Positions 15,830 through 28,680 of a stretch of DNA of 64,000 nucleotides are shown one piece after another. The notes under the pieces were generated by a model. That model did not search any database. It was given only the letters and a program-made list of their open reading frames with translations, and was not told where the DNA came from. Where the stretch lies: assembly GCF_009914755.1 (NCBI RefSeq), contig NC_060938.1, one strand, 5' to 3'. Source of the stretch: the human T2T-CHM13v2.0 reference genome, Homo sapiens. Within the stretch, counting starts at the first letter, position 1. The number at the start of each line of letters is the position of its first letter. Made by a program: the position numbers and the translations under genes.

Positions 15830-16800
15830 TAGCTCTTGTTATGTGGGGCATATCCTCTTGCCCTCATCTGCCCTGTCTTCTGAAACGAGTGAAATGAAAG
15901 TTATTTTACACCCGACCTTGCACAAAGCTAATGTGCCTAATTAGCGGAAGATGTGCTTTTCGGATGGGAATCTGATTTTACTCAGTAGTGTCCTATCTTT
16001 CACGAGATGAGGACACATCATGGGCAGACTGTGTATTTTTTCTTGTCTTTCTCACAAGAGCAATGAATGTGATCTAAACTGATGACTCTCCTGTCTGTCT
16101 TGCCAGTATGGCCAAAGGCATTCATTTCCGAGGCAGCTGGCCAGGGCTGAGCCGCGGACAATTAACTGGGCCACAGGGCCCTGGGCTCACAACCTTCCTG
16201 CTGGATCCTGAACACAGGGCATTGGCATAACAATGAGCCACACTAAGACTTCCCTAGTAGGAAGCTGTCTTTTTTCATCTTTGTTGATCTTTCGGATAGA
16301 TAATACCACGTGTCCTTCCCTCTGCTGTGTCTCCAGTACAGTGTTCCTGGAGTTAATGTGTATCACCAGCTTCCCCTGTAATGGTCCACCCACAGTGGTG
16401 TATAATGGGCAGGGAGGTGAGAGAGAGCAAGTGCAGGCAGTAATGGGGTGAGAATTTAAAGACAATAATAAAACTGACTCCAAGTCAGTCTGCTGCTTAT
16501 TATCATCAAATGCTGACAATTTTTAAACAGTGTCACTGATAAAACACTCTTCCTTGCAAGCTCTAAACAATTACTAAAGTTGCTGTTGCCGCTGACATAG
16601 GTGGACCCCGTCACAGACATTCCTTTGCAAAGTAAGTTTGAGACAGGTGGGATTCATCCAAGCTCCCTTCAGCACATTTTTTATTTCCAGCCTGTGGGAT
16701 GCTACACATTCCTGCATGTAAACAGTTTCGAAATAAGCAATAATAACATAGCAATGCTATGGCCTACGCTTTAACAGCTGGACTGTTGCTTCTTCTAGAC
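15830..16800. promoter_or_regulatory. Candidate enhancer (no repeat recognised, motif cluster)
   Basis: CTAATTAG plus CGGAAG (15937-50), two ACATTCCT (16617, 16706), TGCTGAC (16511), TGATAA (16537), TGTAAACA (16717). Motif evidence only. Confidence 0.35.
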
Positions 16801-16849
16801 GAAGAAACAAAATGTGAATTATTTCCATCCTATTTGACCATAAGGAGTT

Positions 16850-17080
16850 TTTAATTTGTATCTAAAATTTAAAACAATGAAACAGATTGCAAACTGCATG
16901 GTGTCACATTTTTGTTGGTTGTGTGTAAATTTTAAGTTCATATATGAAATATTTACTGAATTTGAATATCTTTAAAATTGAAATTTATTCTTTATAAAAA
17001 TTGTTCATTGTTTAAAAACAGAAGTCCGTGAGAGTGAGTGCCTCTTTCCATTTTATGCCTTACCCTACTCCCAGCTGTGC
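16850..17080. mobile_element. hAT fragment (MER45-like)
   Basis: End gtgagagtgagtgcctc...gccttaccctactcccagc resembles the recalled MER45 terminus. Confidence 0.5.
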
Positions 17081-17645
17081 CTACTACTTGGGAAGCAGGA
17101 ACAGCTAGAGCACCTGCAGGTGACCTAAATGTGGCCCACCAGGCCACATGATGTTTAACGGATCCGATGTTTAATAGATCTCTTTGTTTTGTTTCTGTTT
17201 TTGTTTTGAGACAGAGTCTCACTCTGTTGCCCAGGCTGGGGTGTCGTGGTATGATCTTGGCTCACTGCAGCCTCCGTCTCCCAGGTTCAAGTGATTCATT
17301 CTCTCAGAGAGGGCTCCTATTGACAGAATTCCACCTGGAATTTTGAATCTGGAGTAGGTGACTCGAAGGTGCAAGGATATCTTGGAATCCTTTCTCCTGG
17401 GACTGGCGATGGTGCCAGGAGTGCTGTATGGTGTTCAGCAGCAGCGATGTTTAACCAGACCCTTCCTGTACTGTGATTTTGGCTGTTAGTTTGTAACCAA
17501 GCCACCCTGGTTTCTGTTTGTCAAGCCTGATTCTCTGGGCTTGACATTGATTATTTGGGCTCCCAGATATCCTTCTAGTGAATTTCTCTGCTGAAGTTAA
17601 CCAGAGTCAGTGTCTGTCATTTGCGGCCAGTAACTCTTACTGGAA
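17080..17645 (+). mobile_element. ERVL-class LTR fragment interrupted by a templated insertion
   Basis: 3' end ccttctagtgaatttctctgctgaagttaaccagagtcag...; similar to the LTR at 29100-29635. Confidence 0.6.
17177..17300 (-). repeat. 124-bp duplicate of the Alu 3' end and flank at 17855-17978
   Basis: Ungapped, 117/124 identical; shares non-consensus variants ggctggggtgt, ggtatgatct, gtgattcatt and the flank GATCTC. Confidence 0.9.
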
Positions 17646-17860
17646 TTCCTAATTCAGAGGAATACTTTGAGGATGAATTCTGAAACCCAAGATAATTGTG
17701 TACCACAGACAAACAAAAGCACTATAACATGTAGCACAGCAGCCTTACTGGAAATGTCAGCGATATCTTCTAACTTGTCAAAGCATATCTCATACTAACC
17801 TGTCATGACCACCCTGGCCAGATCTTAGTAGATCCAGCAAGACAAAAACCAGAGGATCTC

Positions 17861-18207
17861 TGTGTTTTGTTTTTGTTTTTGTTTTGAGACAGATTCTCAC
17901 TCTGTTGCCCAGGCTGGGGTGTAGTGGTATGATCTCGGCTCACTGCAGCCTCCACCTCCCAGGTTCAAGTGATTCATTGTCCTGCCTCAGCCTCCCAAGT
18001 AGCTGGGACTACAGGGGTGCATCACCACGCCCAGCTAATTTTTGTATTTTTTTGGTAGAGACAGGGTTTCACTGTGTTGGCCAGGCTGGTCTCAAACTCC
18101 TGGCTTCAAGTGATCCGTGCTGGTCTCGAACTCCTGGCCTCAAGCAATCCCCCCACCTGAGCCTCCCAAAGTGCCGGGATTACAGGCGTGAGCCACTGCA
18201 CCCAGTC
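17861..18207 (-). mobile_element. Alu with internal duplication, possibly chimeric
   Basis: gctggtctc(a/g)aactcctggc(t/c)tcaag occurs twice within ~18085-18150; no TSD found. Confidence 0.93.
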
Positions 18208-19448
18208 TGATTGCATTCTTATTTCCACTGTAGCTCTAGCAAACATCTAGCTTTTATGTTAGGTTCTATAACTTGGAGCTAGCTTTTCAAAATCTCTAGA
18301 CTGGGGCTTCCCCATATTTCTATTGGGATAATGACTTCATCATGGGAAGATCAAGTTTGTGTAAAGCACTGTATTATAGTGCCTGGCACATACTGCAGCA
18401 CCTGGGCAATTTTTCCCTCACTTAGTCTTCAGTAAGCACCTACTCAGGACCCAGGACCATTTGAGGCACTGGAAAGCTACTCATATTTTTAGTGTATTTG
18501 CTGTGTCTTCCTTCTGCTGTTTTGCTAAGAGATGATTAGATGGTCTTTCTAAATACCAAGATGAATAGCCACAGGCACTAACTTCTTCAGCCTATCTCCT
18601 ATCTGCTCTTCCCTCCCACCCCCTCCACACACACACACTTACTCACACGCTCACAAACACATGCCCAACCTAATTCAGGGACTCACATACAGCTTAGGAA
18701 AGGCAGCTTCATCATCAGTCCCACCAAAACATCTCCTGCTTCTGCAAAGCTGCTTCTACCATTCTGACATGTGTAAGTCTATTCATTGTATTGTATGTCC
18801 TCATAGCAGCATATATGTTTCCTTTACTGTGCTTACAATTAGGTAATTATACATGTAATCACTATGCAATTACTGCTGACTTTCCCCCAGTCTCTGTCAG
18901 GACCGTCCATACTGTCTCTCTCACTTTTGTACCCATAGCACTTGGTATAATGCCTGGTACTCAAAATACATTCTTTGAATAATTGGAAAACAGCTCTTGA
19001 AACCCCACACCATTTATGGGATCTTCTGGGATTTAGGCATCTCATATTCCCACCATTATGCAAACTGTCTCTACTCCAAACTCTAAAAATGTCATAAGAT
19101 TTGCCCCTTACTGTTTCAAGACAGTAAACATACACTGCATGTGGTTAATAAATTTAATTCAGATATCAATTTGAGGTCCATAGGGATGGCCTAGATAAGT
19201 GGGCAACCCAACTAGATTACTATTTTGACGCTTCATTCAACAGACATTTGTTTAAATATTTTTTAAAATTTTTCTTAGAGGCGAGGCAAAGGGCTTCATG
19301 GGGATAAACTGACCATTGTAGTAGAGGTTTGCCTCTCCTTGGTTGTCCCTTGCAGTTCAGCTCTGGTCCCAAACTGGAACAGTCCAACGAAGAAAAAGCT
19401 CCTATAGTTAATTGGATTCACCACTTTTAGAGGGGAGTTTAGAAACCC

Positions 19449-19846
<398 letters not shown>

Positions 19847-20159
19847 TGAGAGGGCTCCTGTTGAACTCAGTTTTCTCTATCTTCTTGTATTTTCAGAGAT
19901 GTTTCAAGACCCATTTTAGACTGATACCTCATTACATCCCCATCTGGCTCACTCTTTAATTTGGCTCTGGGTTCCCTATACCAACTGTTTGGGGCTTATA
20001 ATAAAGAATGTACATGTTAATTAAATATGTTCATGCCACTTCCAGAAGTCTCAATCCTGGAAAGAAAAAAAATGCAAAATAAGAAAAAACATCTCTATGC
20101 TTTAAGACGTTTTTTGCAGTATCTTGACGGAGAGCAGTGAGAACTTATTGAATCATTAA

Positions 20160-20540
20160 GTGTTCTGCCAGATAATATATTAAAAAAAGATTTACTGCAA
20201 AGAATTGGCTTATGTGATTGTGGGAGATGGCTAGGTAAGCCCAAAATTCATAGAGCAGATCATCAGGAAGGACAGGCTGGAAGCTCAGGTTAGATCTGAG
20301 GCTATAGTCAAAGGCAGAATTTCTTCTCCTTCAAGTAAACCTCAGTTCTGCTCTTAAGGCCTTTCAACTGATTAGATCAAACCCACCCATATTATCAAGG
20401 ATAATCTCTTTTACATAAAGTTAACTGATTGTAGGCATTAATCACAACTATAAAATACCTTCACAGCAACATCTAGATTAGTGTTTGATTGAACAACTGG
20501 GTGCTATTTAGGCTAGCCAAATTAGTGCATAAAACTGTTA
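20160..20540 (-). mobile_element. MLT2 (ERVL) LTR
   Basis: gaattggcttatgtgattgtggg...gcagaatttcttctccttca...ttaaggcctttcaactgatt...aaaataccttcacagcaacatctagattagtgtttga. Confidence 0.85.
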
Positions 20541-21364
20541 TTTTTCCTGTTTTAAAAGCAATTATAGGAAAGTAGACAGAATTTTAAAAATACCTATAAT
20601 TCTATCACTTAAGACAATTTGCTGTGTTTTAATTTGTGCCTTCCAGGGGTTTTTTTTTTTCCCCTAGCAATTTATTTATAACAGCAGGAAAAATGGAAAT
20701 AAACAAAATGTTTAGCAATGGAGAAATAGTTATGGGAATTATGGTATATGCACATGAGGTGAAATTATGCAGCCTTTAAAACTTATAATTATGAAAACTG
20801 GATCAACCTGAAAAAATGCTTCAAGTGAAAAAAGTACAGTACAAAATCCTATCTCTAATAGTTATGATTATAGCTATGTAAAAACAGCATATCGTGGGAC
20901 CATGCAATAGAAGGAAACATTAAAAATAGCGCAGCATCAGTGCCCCCCACCACATCTCCAGCACTTATCGTTGTTTGTGCCCTGAGTTAACAGCTCAGGC
21001 TGCTGCCAGCCCCCATGACCCTGCCTGAGGGCTTTCTCTGTCCTCTATGGCCCATTCTGCCCAAGCATGGACAAAATAAAATGGCCGGAGAATGCCTCTT
21101 CCCCTGGGAGCAACCCTCACCCAATGACGGATGGGAATTTCTGGGTATATACCTGGCCCCTTAGGTAAGGTGTCCTGGAGGTGGGTGTTTCATCCTGGTT
21201 CCATGAACCCCAGCGAGACTGGACTCCAGCTGCCTGCAGTGGCAACCTGCTCAACTTCCTCTATCTTGGCTTCCTTTCTGTCCCTGTCTCACTTTCCCAC
21301 TCCCCTTCCAGCATTTTCTTCATAAACTATTTGCCTTGTCTTGGTTTGGTTCTGGGCCACATAA

Positions 21365-21932
21365 TCTCCACAGAGGTGATATAGCCGCCAAGGGGCTGAA
21401 GTTGGTTACATAGGGCAGGGGTTCCCAACCCTCAGGCCAAGGAGCAGTACAGTCCGTGGCCTGTTAGGGACTGGGCCGCACAGCTGGAGGTGAGCGGCAG
21501 GCGAGCAAGCATTACCTCCTGAGCTCCGCCCTGTCAGATCCACAGCGGCATTCGATTCTCATAGGAGGGCGAAACCTACTGTGAATCGCGCATGAGAGGG
21601 ATTTAGGTTGCACGCTCCTTATAAGAATCTAACTGATGCCTGATGATCTGATGTAGACAGTTTCATGCCGAAACCATCCCCCCATGGTCTATGGAAAAAT
21701 TGTCTTCCATGAAACCACTCCCTGGTGCTAAAAAGATTGGGGACCGCTTACATAGGCGACAAAACAATATTGCTCTTTTAATGTATAAAGCACAGATATG
21801 CATACATTATACAAATTCACAGTATATCTGAGGGATTAAAAATTCACGGGGGGTCCATTTAGGAAAAAATATCTACCAAGGGTCCTTAGGAGGGGAAATA
21901 ATGCTTTTTTAAAAAACTGTTGAAAAACACCG
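21365..21932. mobile_element. hAT-Charlie MITE split by MER1B
   Basis: ggtgatatagccgccaagggg...atgtataaagcacagatat...cagtatatctg...ttaggaaaaaatatcta...gttgaaaaacacc. Confidence 0.6.
21416..21749 (+). mobile_element. MER1B (hAT-Charlie)
   Basis: Termini CAGGGGTTCCCAACC / ATTGGGGACCGCT; internal ggcctgttaggga...gattctcatagg...gctccttataagaatcta; 8-bp TSD ACATAGGG/ACATAGGC. Confidence 0.9.
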
Positions 21933-23419
21933 TGAACCCGAAGGAACCCAAAGTAAGACAAATACAAGCAGTTTCTCTGTTAGGATGACTGATCAAATAG
22001 GAACTTCGACCTCTAGTTTTTTACCTCAGTTATTTGGTATGTACAAGTATAATAAAATAATAATTTAAAAAACAGATATGGACCCAGCCCCTAAGATGCT
22101 TCTGGCCCCGAGACAAACACCTATCATCAATGTGTTGATTGTGGAGTCCCCCACGACTTCATTGCCGCTACCAGAGTCACCTACACACTTCTCCCCACCT
22201 CACCACTGACTCCCCACCATCATTTCACTTTCCTTTCCTGATAGCCTAAGTAGAATCATTTTGGATTAAGAGCTAGAATCAGGGTTCCTTCATTTCTTTT
22301 TTCAGCGAGAAAAAAAAAAATCAGAAAACTCTAAGCCTACATAGAACTCCACTGTTAAAATCCGTAAAGGGTACACGGGAACTCAGTTATTATGAGAGTG
22401 AATTAGCTGGAAAAGGGCGGCCAGGTGCTGTGGGGAGTGGAGAGTGTGAGAATGAAGAATCGGTCAGGAAATGCTTCCCAGCATGTAGGCAAGGAAGAGA
22501 TCTCCTGCACAGGCTGGAGGGAGGACATCCAGGATCCGCTTGTACTTTCACATCAAGGGCAGGAGGTTAGAGCAGGCCACAGGTGAAACTTCGAGGCCAG
22601 GCTCTATTTAGCCTGGAGTCCAGAGTATTATGGTGGGATATGGGAGTGCTCAGAGTGTCATATGTAGAAATGACCCTCTCTGCAGAAAGCCGAATATTGT
22701 GAAGAGCAAGGGGAATGTTGAGAAACCAGTAAGGTGGTTACAACTAGCCATGGGTATCCGGCTGCCCAAACAAAGAGATCAAGTCCGTTCTGCATCATTG
22801 TTCACTGACCCAGTGCCCCACATTCTTGAAACTGGCCCAAGAAAGATTTTTTTAATGGTATTTATAAAAATGCTAGTCAAAGTGCTCTGTTATCATAGCT
22901 CATTTTAAAATACAGCACAAGACTGATAAACGCCATTGTTCCAACTTGGCTCCCAGGCAAGAAGGAGGCCCAGGGCTCTGACTTCGGCCAGCCTGGGCTC
23001 CAGGAGCCTGGCTGGGTGGAGGGAGGGCAGGGCTGACTGGGAGAGAAGGTAACTGGAGATGGAATTGTAAGATCCATGGGCTGTTTGCAGAAAGGCAGAT
23101 TCTCACGTGTGGATGGTGTAGGTAGGAGCAAACTAGAAAGATTCTCAAAGTCTCTTTCTTAGCCCTCTGATTCAGTGAGCTTCATTATCTTATTTAAGTG
23201 CCCAAGAGACTTTCTCCTTGTAAGCTAGCCGTTGGAGAAGCTTCTAAAGTTTGGATAGCACACAAGGTAAAATTCCACTCCTGCACAAAGGGCCTCATTT
23301 GTGGAGAGTGAGTCACGATGATTTCCAGCATGTCTAGCAAATGCTTATGGATGTTAAGGGTCTAAACTGCCTCCTGCCCACAGATGAAACTGAGGAGCTC
23401 ATTTGAAGATATAACAGTT

Positions 23420-23650
23420 TTAAGAATAAAAATACCTTAGCTTTACTGAGAGCTTACTAAGTGCCACTTTATGATAATTATTTTATTATTGTAACAACTC
23501 TTTGAGGTTATTGCGTGGTTATTGGTGCCTATTTTACAGATGGGAAGACTGATGCTCAGCTCAAGTAATTGGCCTTCAGGGTCACATAGCTGGAAGATGG
23601 AGTAGTTTGGAGTAGTTAGGTTAAGTCCAGGGACTATTCACTGCACTTCC
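23420..23650 (-). mobile_element. MIR
   Basis: tttactgagagcttacta...cctattttacagatgggaagactga...ggtcacatagct. Confidence 0.75.
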
Positions 23651-24119
23651 TCTCAAAGTGGCAGAACAATTGTTTTATTGGAAGTGTTAATCACTGATTA
23701 CTTTTAAAGATGGATGGGTAAAGATAACAAGAGAGACCTTTGACTGCAGAGATTCCCTCAGCTTGTACTTGAGATGGGAGAGTTAAAGACCAATATATAA
23801 CAGTGGTAGGCCCTTTAGTGTATTTATCTGTGAACACCACAGTACCCTTTGGCTTAGCAATGGTCCCCTAACTCCCTGAATTTCCTCCTAGAGAGTGCCA
23901 AGTGCATGAAGAAAGTAGGTAGACCTCTGTGATTTTCCTGCATCCTGTAAAATGTCCTCAGGTTACCTTCAAGTATGTGGTTTATAGAGGGTTGTAGCAT
24001 CATAAAAAGAGCTCCCTCCTCTTGCCACACATTTTTCAATCTACCTATCTGTGGTTTCAAATCTCAAATGTCTCATCAACTCCTGCCACCTCAGCTACCT
24101 GAGCAACTTCAATCTCTCT

Positions 24120-24952
<833 letters not shown>

Positions 24953-25499
24953 GAAGCATTTAAACATCCTGAAGTCTCTCTCAGGTTAAGAAACAATAAC
25001 AAAACAAAAACACTACATCCTTCTCTAGTTACCACCCAGTCTCTTTCCTCTTGTCAAATCTAAACTTCTTGAGTGGTCTCCGACAGAGTCCTATACCTTC
25101 ACATCTCCCATTCACTCCCTCATTCACTTTAATCAGCCTTCTAGCCTCTTCTGAAACTGCAAACCATCCGAACAGGCTTGCTATTGTGAACACCCTTTTG
25201 TACTTACCTTACTTGGCCTCCTTGTACTTTCTGACCTTTGTCTTCTTCCTCTTGGAAGCGCTCCTATCCCTGGGGCTTCTTCTTTCCCACTGATCCTTCC
25301 TTATCGTCCTCCTTCTTATTAGTTTCCTGGCATCTTAAAAGAACTGGGTTCCCTAGGGTTCTGCCTTCAACTCTCTTCTCATGCTACATTCTCTTCCTTA
25401 TTGGAACACGTGCCTTACAGATGATATTGCATTTATTAAATCCACCAGAGGGAATGAGAAGGTAAGAGTTAAATTAAATTGCAATATTTTAAAAATGGG

Positions 25500-25935
25500 G
25501 CTATGCCAATAGTCAAGAGGTGGAAGCAACCCAAAAGTCCATCATCAGATGAATGGAAAAAAAAGTGGTGTACACAGACAATGAAATATTATTCAGCCTT
25601 AAAAAGAAAGGAAATCCTGTCACATGCTACAGCATGGATGAACCTTGAGGAAATTATGTGAAGTGAAATAAGCCAGTCACGAAAAAGACAAATACTGGAT
25701 AATTCCACTTATAAGAAGTATCAAAAGTAGACAAATCCATTAAAACAAAAAGTAGAATGGTGGTTGCCAGGGGATGGGGGAAGGGGAAAAGGAGCGTTGT
25801 TATTTAACGAGGATAGAGTTTCAGTTTTGCAAGATGAAAATGTTTTGGAGATTTGGTTCACAACAACATGAATTTACCTAACACTATGGAAAATGGTTAA
25901 GATGGTAAATTTTATGTGTTTTTTACTACAACAAA
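25500..25935 (+). mobile_element. L1MB 3' end
   Basis: ggtggaagcaacccaaa...tattattcagccttaaaaagaaaggaaatcctgtcacatgctacagcatggatgaaccttgagg...agagtttcagttttgcaagatgaaaa. Confidence 0.9.
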
Positions 25936-26499
25936 CAATGCAGAAAAGATAACTCTAGAAGAAATTAACCGGTTGTATTTTTTACATAGTTTAAAACAGT
26001 CTTTGTTTTTAAAATGTCAATAAATACCCAGTTATCCAAAATAAGGATAAAATTATGTTCCACCAAGGGATAGCCCTAAACCTTGGATGAAACAGTATTT
26101 GATATAATCCTGGCATGTCCTCATTTGAAGAGGATAACGTCCTTGTTTACCTACTCCATGGAGTTCTTAGAGTCATACAGCTTGAGAGACTTAAAGATGA
26201 CCTACTTCCAGTCTATTGTGTCTCACCGGAGTCCGCCATAGTTAACGGAGTTCAAATGTTAGACCATGAGAGTGATGACAGCTGAGTCCTGCTGATTTCT
26301 TTGTCCTCATAATTCATCCACCAATGTTTCCTTTTTCTGCACCATATTATCTTTGCTGAAGGAGTGGATAGTGGAAAAAACAAAGGAGCAGAAGAAAGAC
26401 CCCAGAAAATGATAAAAGCAAATGAAGTTTTGAGGCTTCTAGAAGGAAGTTCTCTCAAAAATATATTGCTACTTTCTGAAAATACAATAGAATATTATA

Positions 26500-27000
26500 C
26501 GGTTGTGAAATTTTTACAACCAGCTGACATCTCTTACACTAAATTCATGTGATCATTGTTTCGTGTATTTACTTTTAAGAATAGCACGACATGAAACGGG
26601 AGTGTTTTCTGAAAAATCCTGCTTTTTGTAGATCCGTTTAGAAGACGACCAGACACTCAAAAGATCTAAAATAGTTCTCACCAGAACCTTTTGATATCAT
26701 AACCCAAGACTTAGGTAATACAAGCAGAACGAAGCAGAATGGGATGTGTGGAGAAAGAGAGCATTACACAATGGGAGACACGTTTATCGGGTGCAGCAGA
26801 GCACTGTAGGAAGCTATGGAATTTTACTCCAAAAGTTTCAACACTGCCGTTCTGGATCCATCACCTTTTAAGCAGTATGGGATTACATCAATTTAACAAA
26901 GATGTAGTTTGTGGCAATTACAGACTAATGATCTCAAAGTATTTGTAGCTGCCCGGAAGAAATGTTGCAAATAACTAAAATTGTGAAGCAAAGGTCAAGA
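26500..27000. promoter_or_regulatory. Candidate C/EBP-ATF enhancer
   Basis: 11 CpGs in AT-rich unique DNA; ATTACACAAT, ATTACATCA, CCGGAAG, CAAAGGTCA. Motif evidence only. Confidence 0.3.
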
Positions 27001-27788
27001 ACAGCATCTAGGGAGGCCTGTGGATAGCTCTGGTTAGCTACAAGATTGCTGCTAAGCTCTCTGCCCCTTTCTCGGGTTAGATAGGATATATCCCTGGTTC
27101 AACAGCAGCATTTTTCTCTGCTCTGCAAGGAGAAGCTTAGGTATGAACAATACATCCCAGGTTTGATTGCTGAAGGGTGGAAGACAAGACAATGTATGTA
27201 GATTTTCCTGCCAATGCTGGGACTCACACTTCCTTTCTCATTTTTCTCATTAAGGTTAGAAATGAGTCATTTGTACTTAGTTAAAGAAGAGAAGGGTACT
27301 TTGCCAATATAGCCATGCAGCTATTCTGAATCTGAAACTGTTCCCAGACATAAGGTTTATGAGTGCTAAGACATCTGAGCTGTTCTCCCTCCCACTTAGC
27401 CAAGCCCCTGGTTCTGCCTCACTTCCAGGAACCCTCTCCTGGTGCATGCATGTCAGATAAAAGTCTGAAAGTGATGAGTTACATTACCACCATTTCTCAA
27501 TACTTTGAAGAAAAAAATATCTAAAAGATTTCACAGTGGTTGGTCACTTTTCATATTATTATGAACTGAAATGCAATTTTGCACACACAATATTTTTGAA
27601 GATATATATTTAATAGTAACCATATTGAACATCTGCTATGTAATAAGTACTAACTGCTTCATATACATTTTAAAATTGAATCTGAACATTAAAGAAAGCA
27701 TTTATAGTTAGGAAAACCAAAGACAAAGGTTTCAAGGAGCTTGTCTAAATTCACACAGCAAGTAAGGGGTGTGTTTCTTTAAAATCTC

Positions 27789-27863
27789 TGTGTGTGTGTG
27801 TGTGTGTGTGTGTATACACACACACACCCTATTGGTTCTGTTTCTCTGGAGAACCCTAATATA
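27789..27863 (+). repeat. (TG)12-TATA-(CA)n tract at the 3' tip of an MLT2 LTR
   Basis: Followed by cctattggttctgtttctctggagaaccctaata, the MLT2 terminus. Confidence 0.85.
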
Positions 27864-28254
27864 CCCCCATATCCTGCAAGTTATAAAACATATCTGAAAA
27901 ACATAGGCCAATACAAGAATATTCTAAATATTGGAAATCCTCAAAACCACTGGTTTGGGGCTTATTAAAAATAGAAACTATGGGTTCCACCTAAGACTTA
28001 CTGAATTAGACTCTCCAGGAATAGAACCAGAGCAGGTATATTTTTATTAAAGCTTCATGCTGATTGGGACACCAATTCTTGATTTAAAATATAACTATAT
28101 TATAAGACACTAGAAACGTTGCACGTTAGTCAGGATAGGCGAGGATTTGTGGTGGTAACAAATGACTCTGAAATCTCAGTGTTCGTGATGTGTGCCCAGT
28201 GCTGGTTGGGGCTGGCTGGGCGAGGGGTCTTCTCATGATAGTCATCTTCATTCT

Positions 28255-28680
28255 GTGTATTAGTCAGGATTAGTCAGGTAGGAAACAAATGACATACTCA
28301 AGTAATTTAGGAGAGCTTAGTAAAGGTACTCTTTGTAAAGGTGAGGGTGAGGTTCAGGGAAGTCAACAAAAATGGCACAGCACCCAGACCCAGCAACGGC
28401 AGTGACCAGAACCTAAAGAGAGTAGATGTCACCTAACAGGAGATGGAGATCTTTGGTACGGGAATGCAGCCAGCCCATGGAGACCTGAAAGGGTGGGAGC
28501 AAGAGAATCAATATCTCAACATCGCTCTCCTCTGCCCTCTGATATCTGACCAGTACCCCTCATCAGTTGAACCCAAACAAAAGCCAGAGGACAAGGGAAC
28601 TTGTTGACATTGTCCATGAAAGGCAGCCCCTCTGGCCACAAAGCATCATGAAAAATGTGCAAAATATCAAGTAGTGCACT
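28255..28680 (-). mobile_element. ERVL LTR (LTR33-like) within a MaLR fragment
   Basis: Antisense similarity to the LTR at 34050-34510 (aacccaaacaaaagccagaggacaagggaac...gtccatgaaaggcagcccc). Confidence 0.65.

Larger units (their letters stand above)
20930..21960 (+). mobile_element. LTR16-like ERVL LTR hosting two DNA transposons
   Basis: ctgcctgagggctttctctg...gagcaaccctcacccaatgacggatggg...ccctgtctcactttcccactcccc; terminus ggaacccaaagtaagaca at ~21960. Confidence 0.7.
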
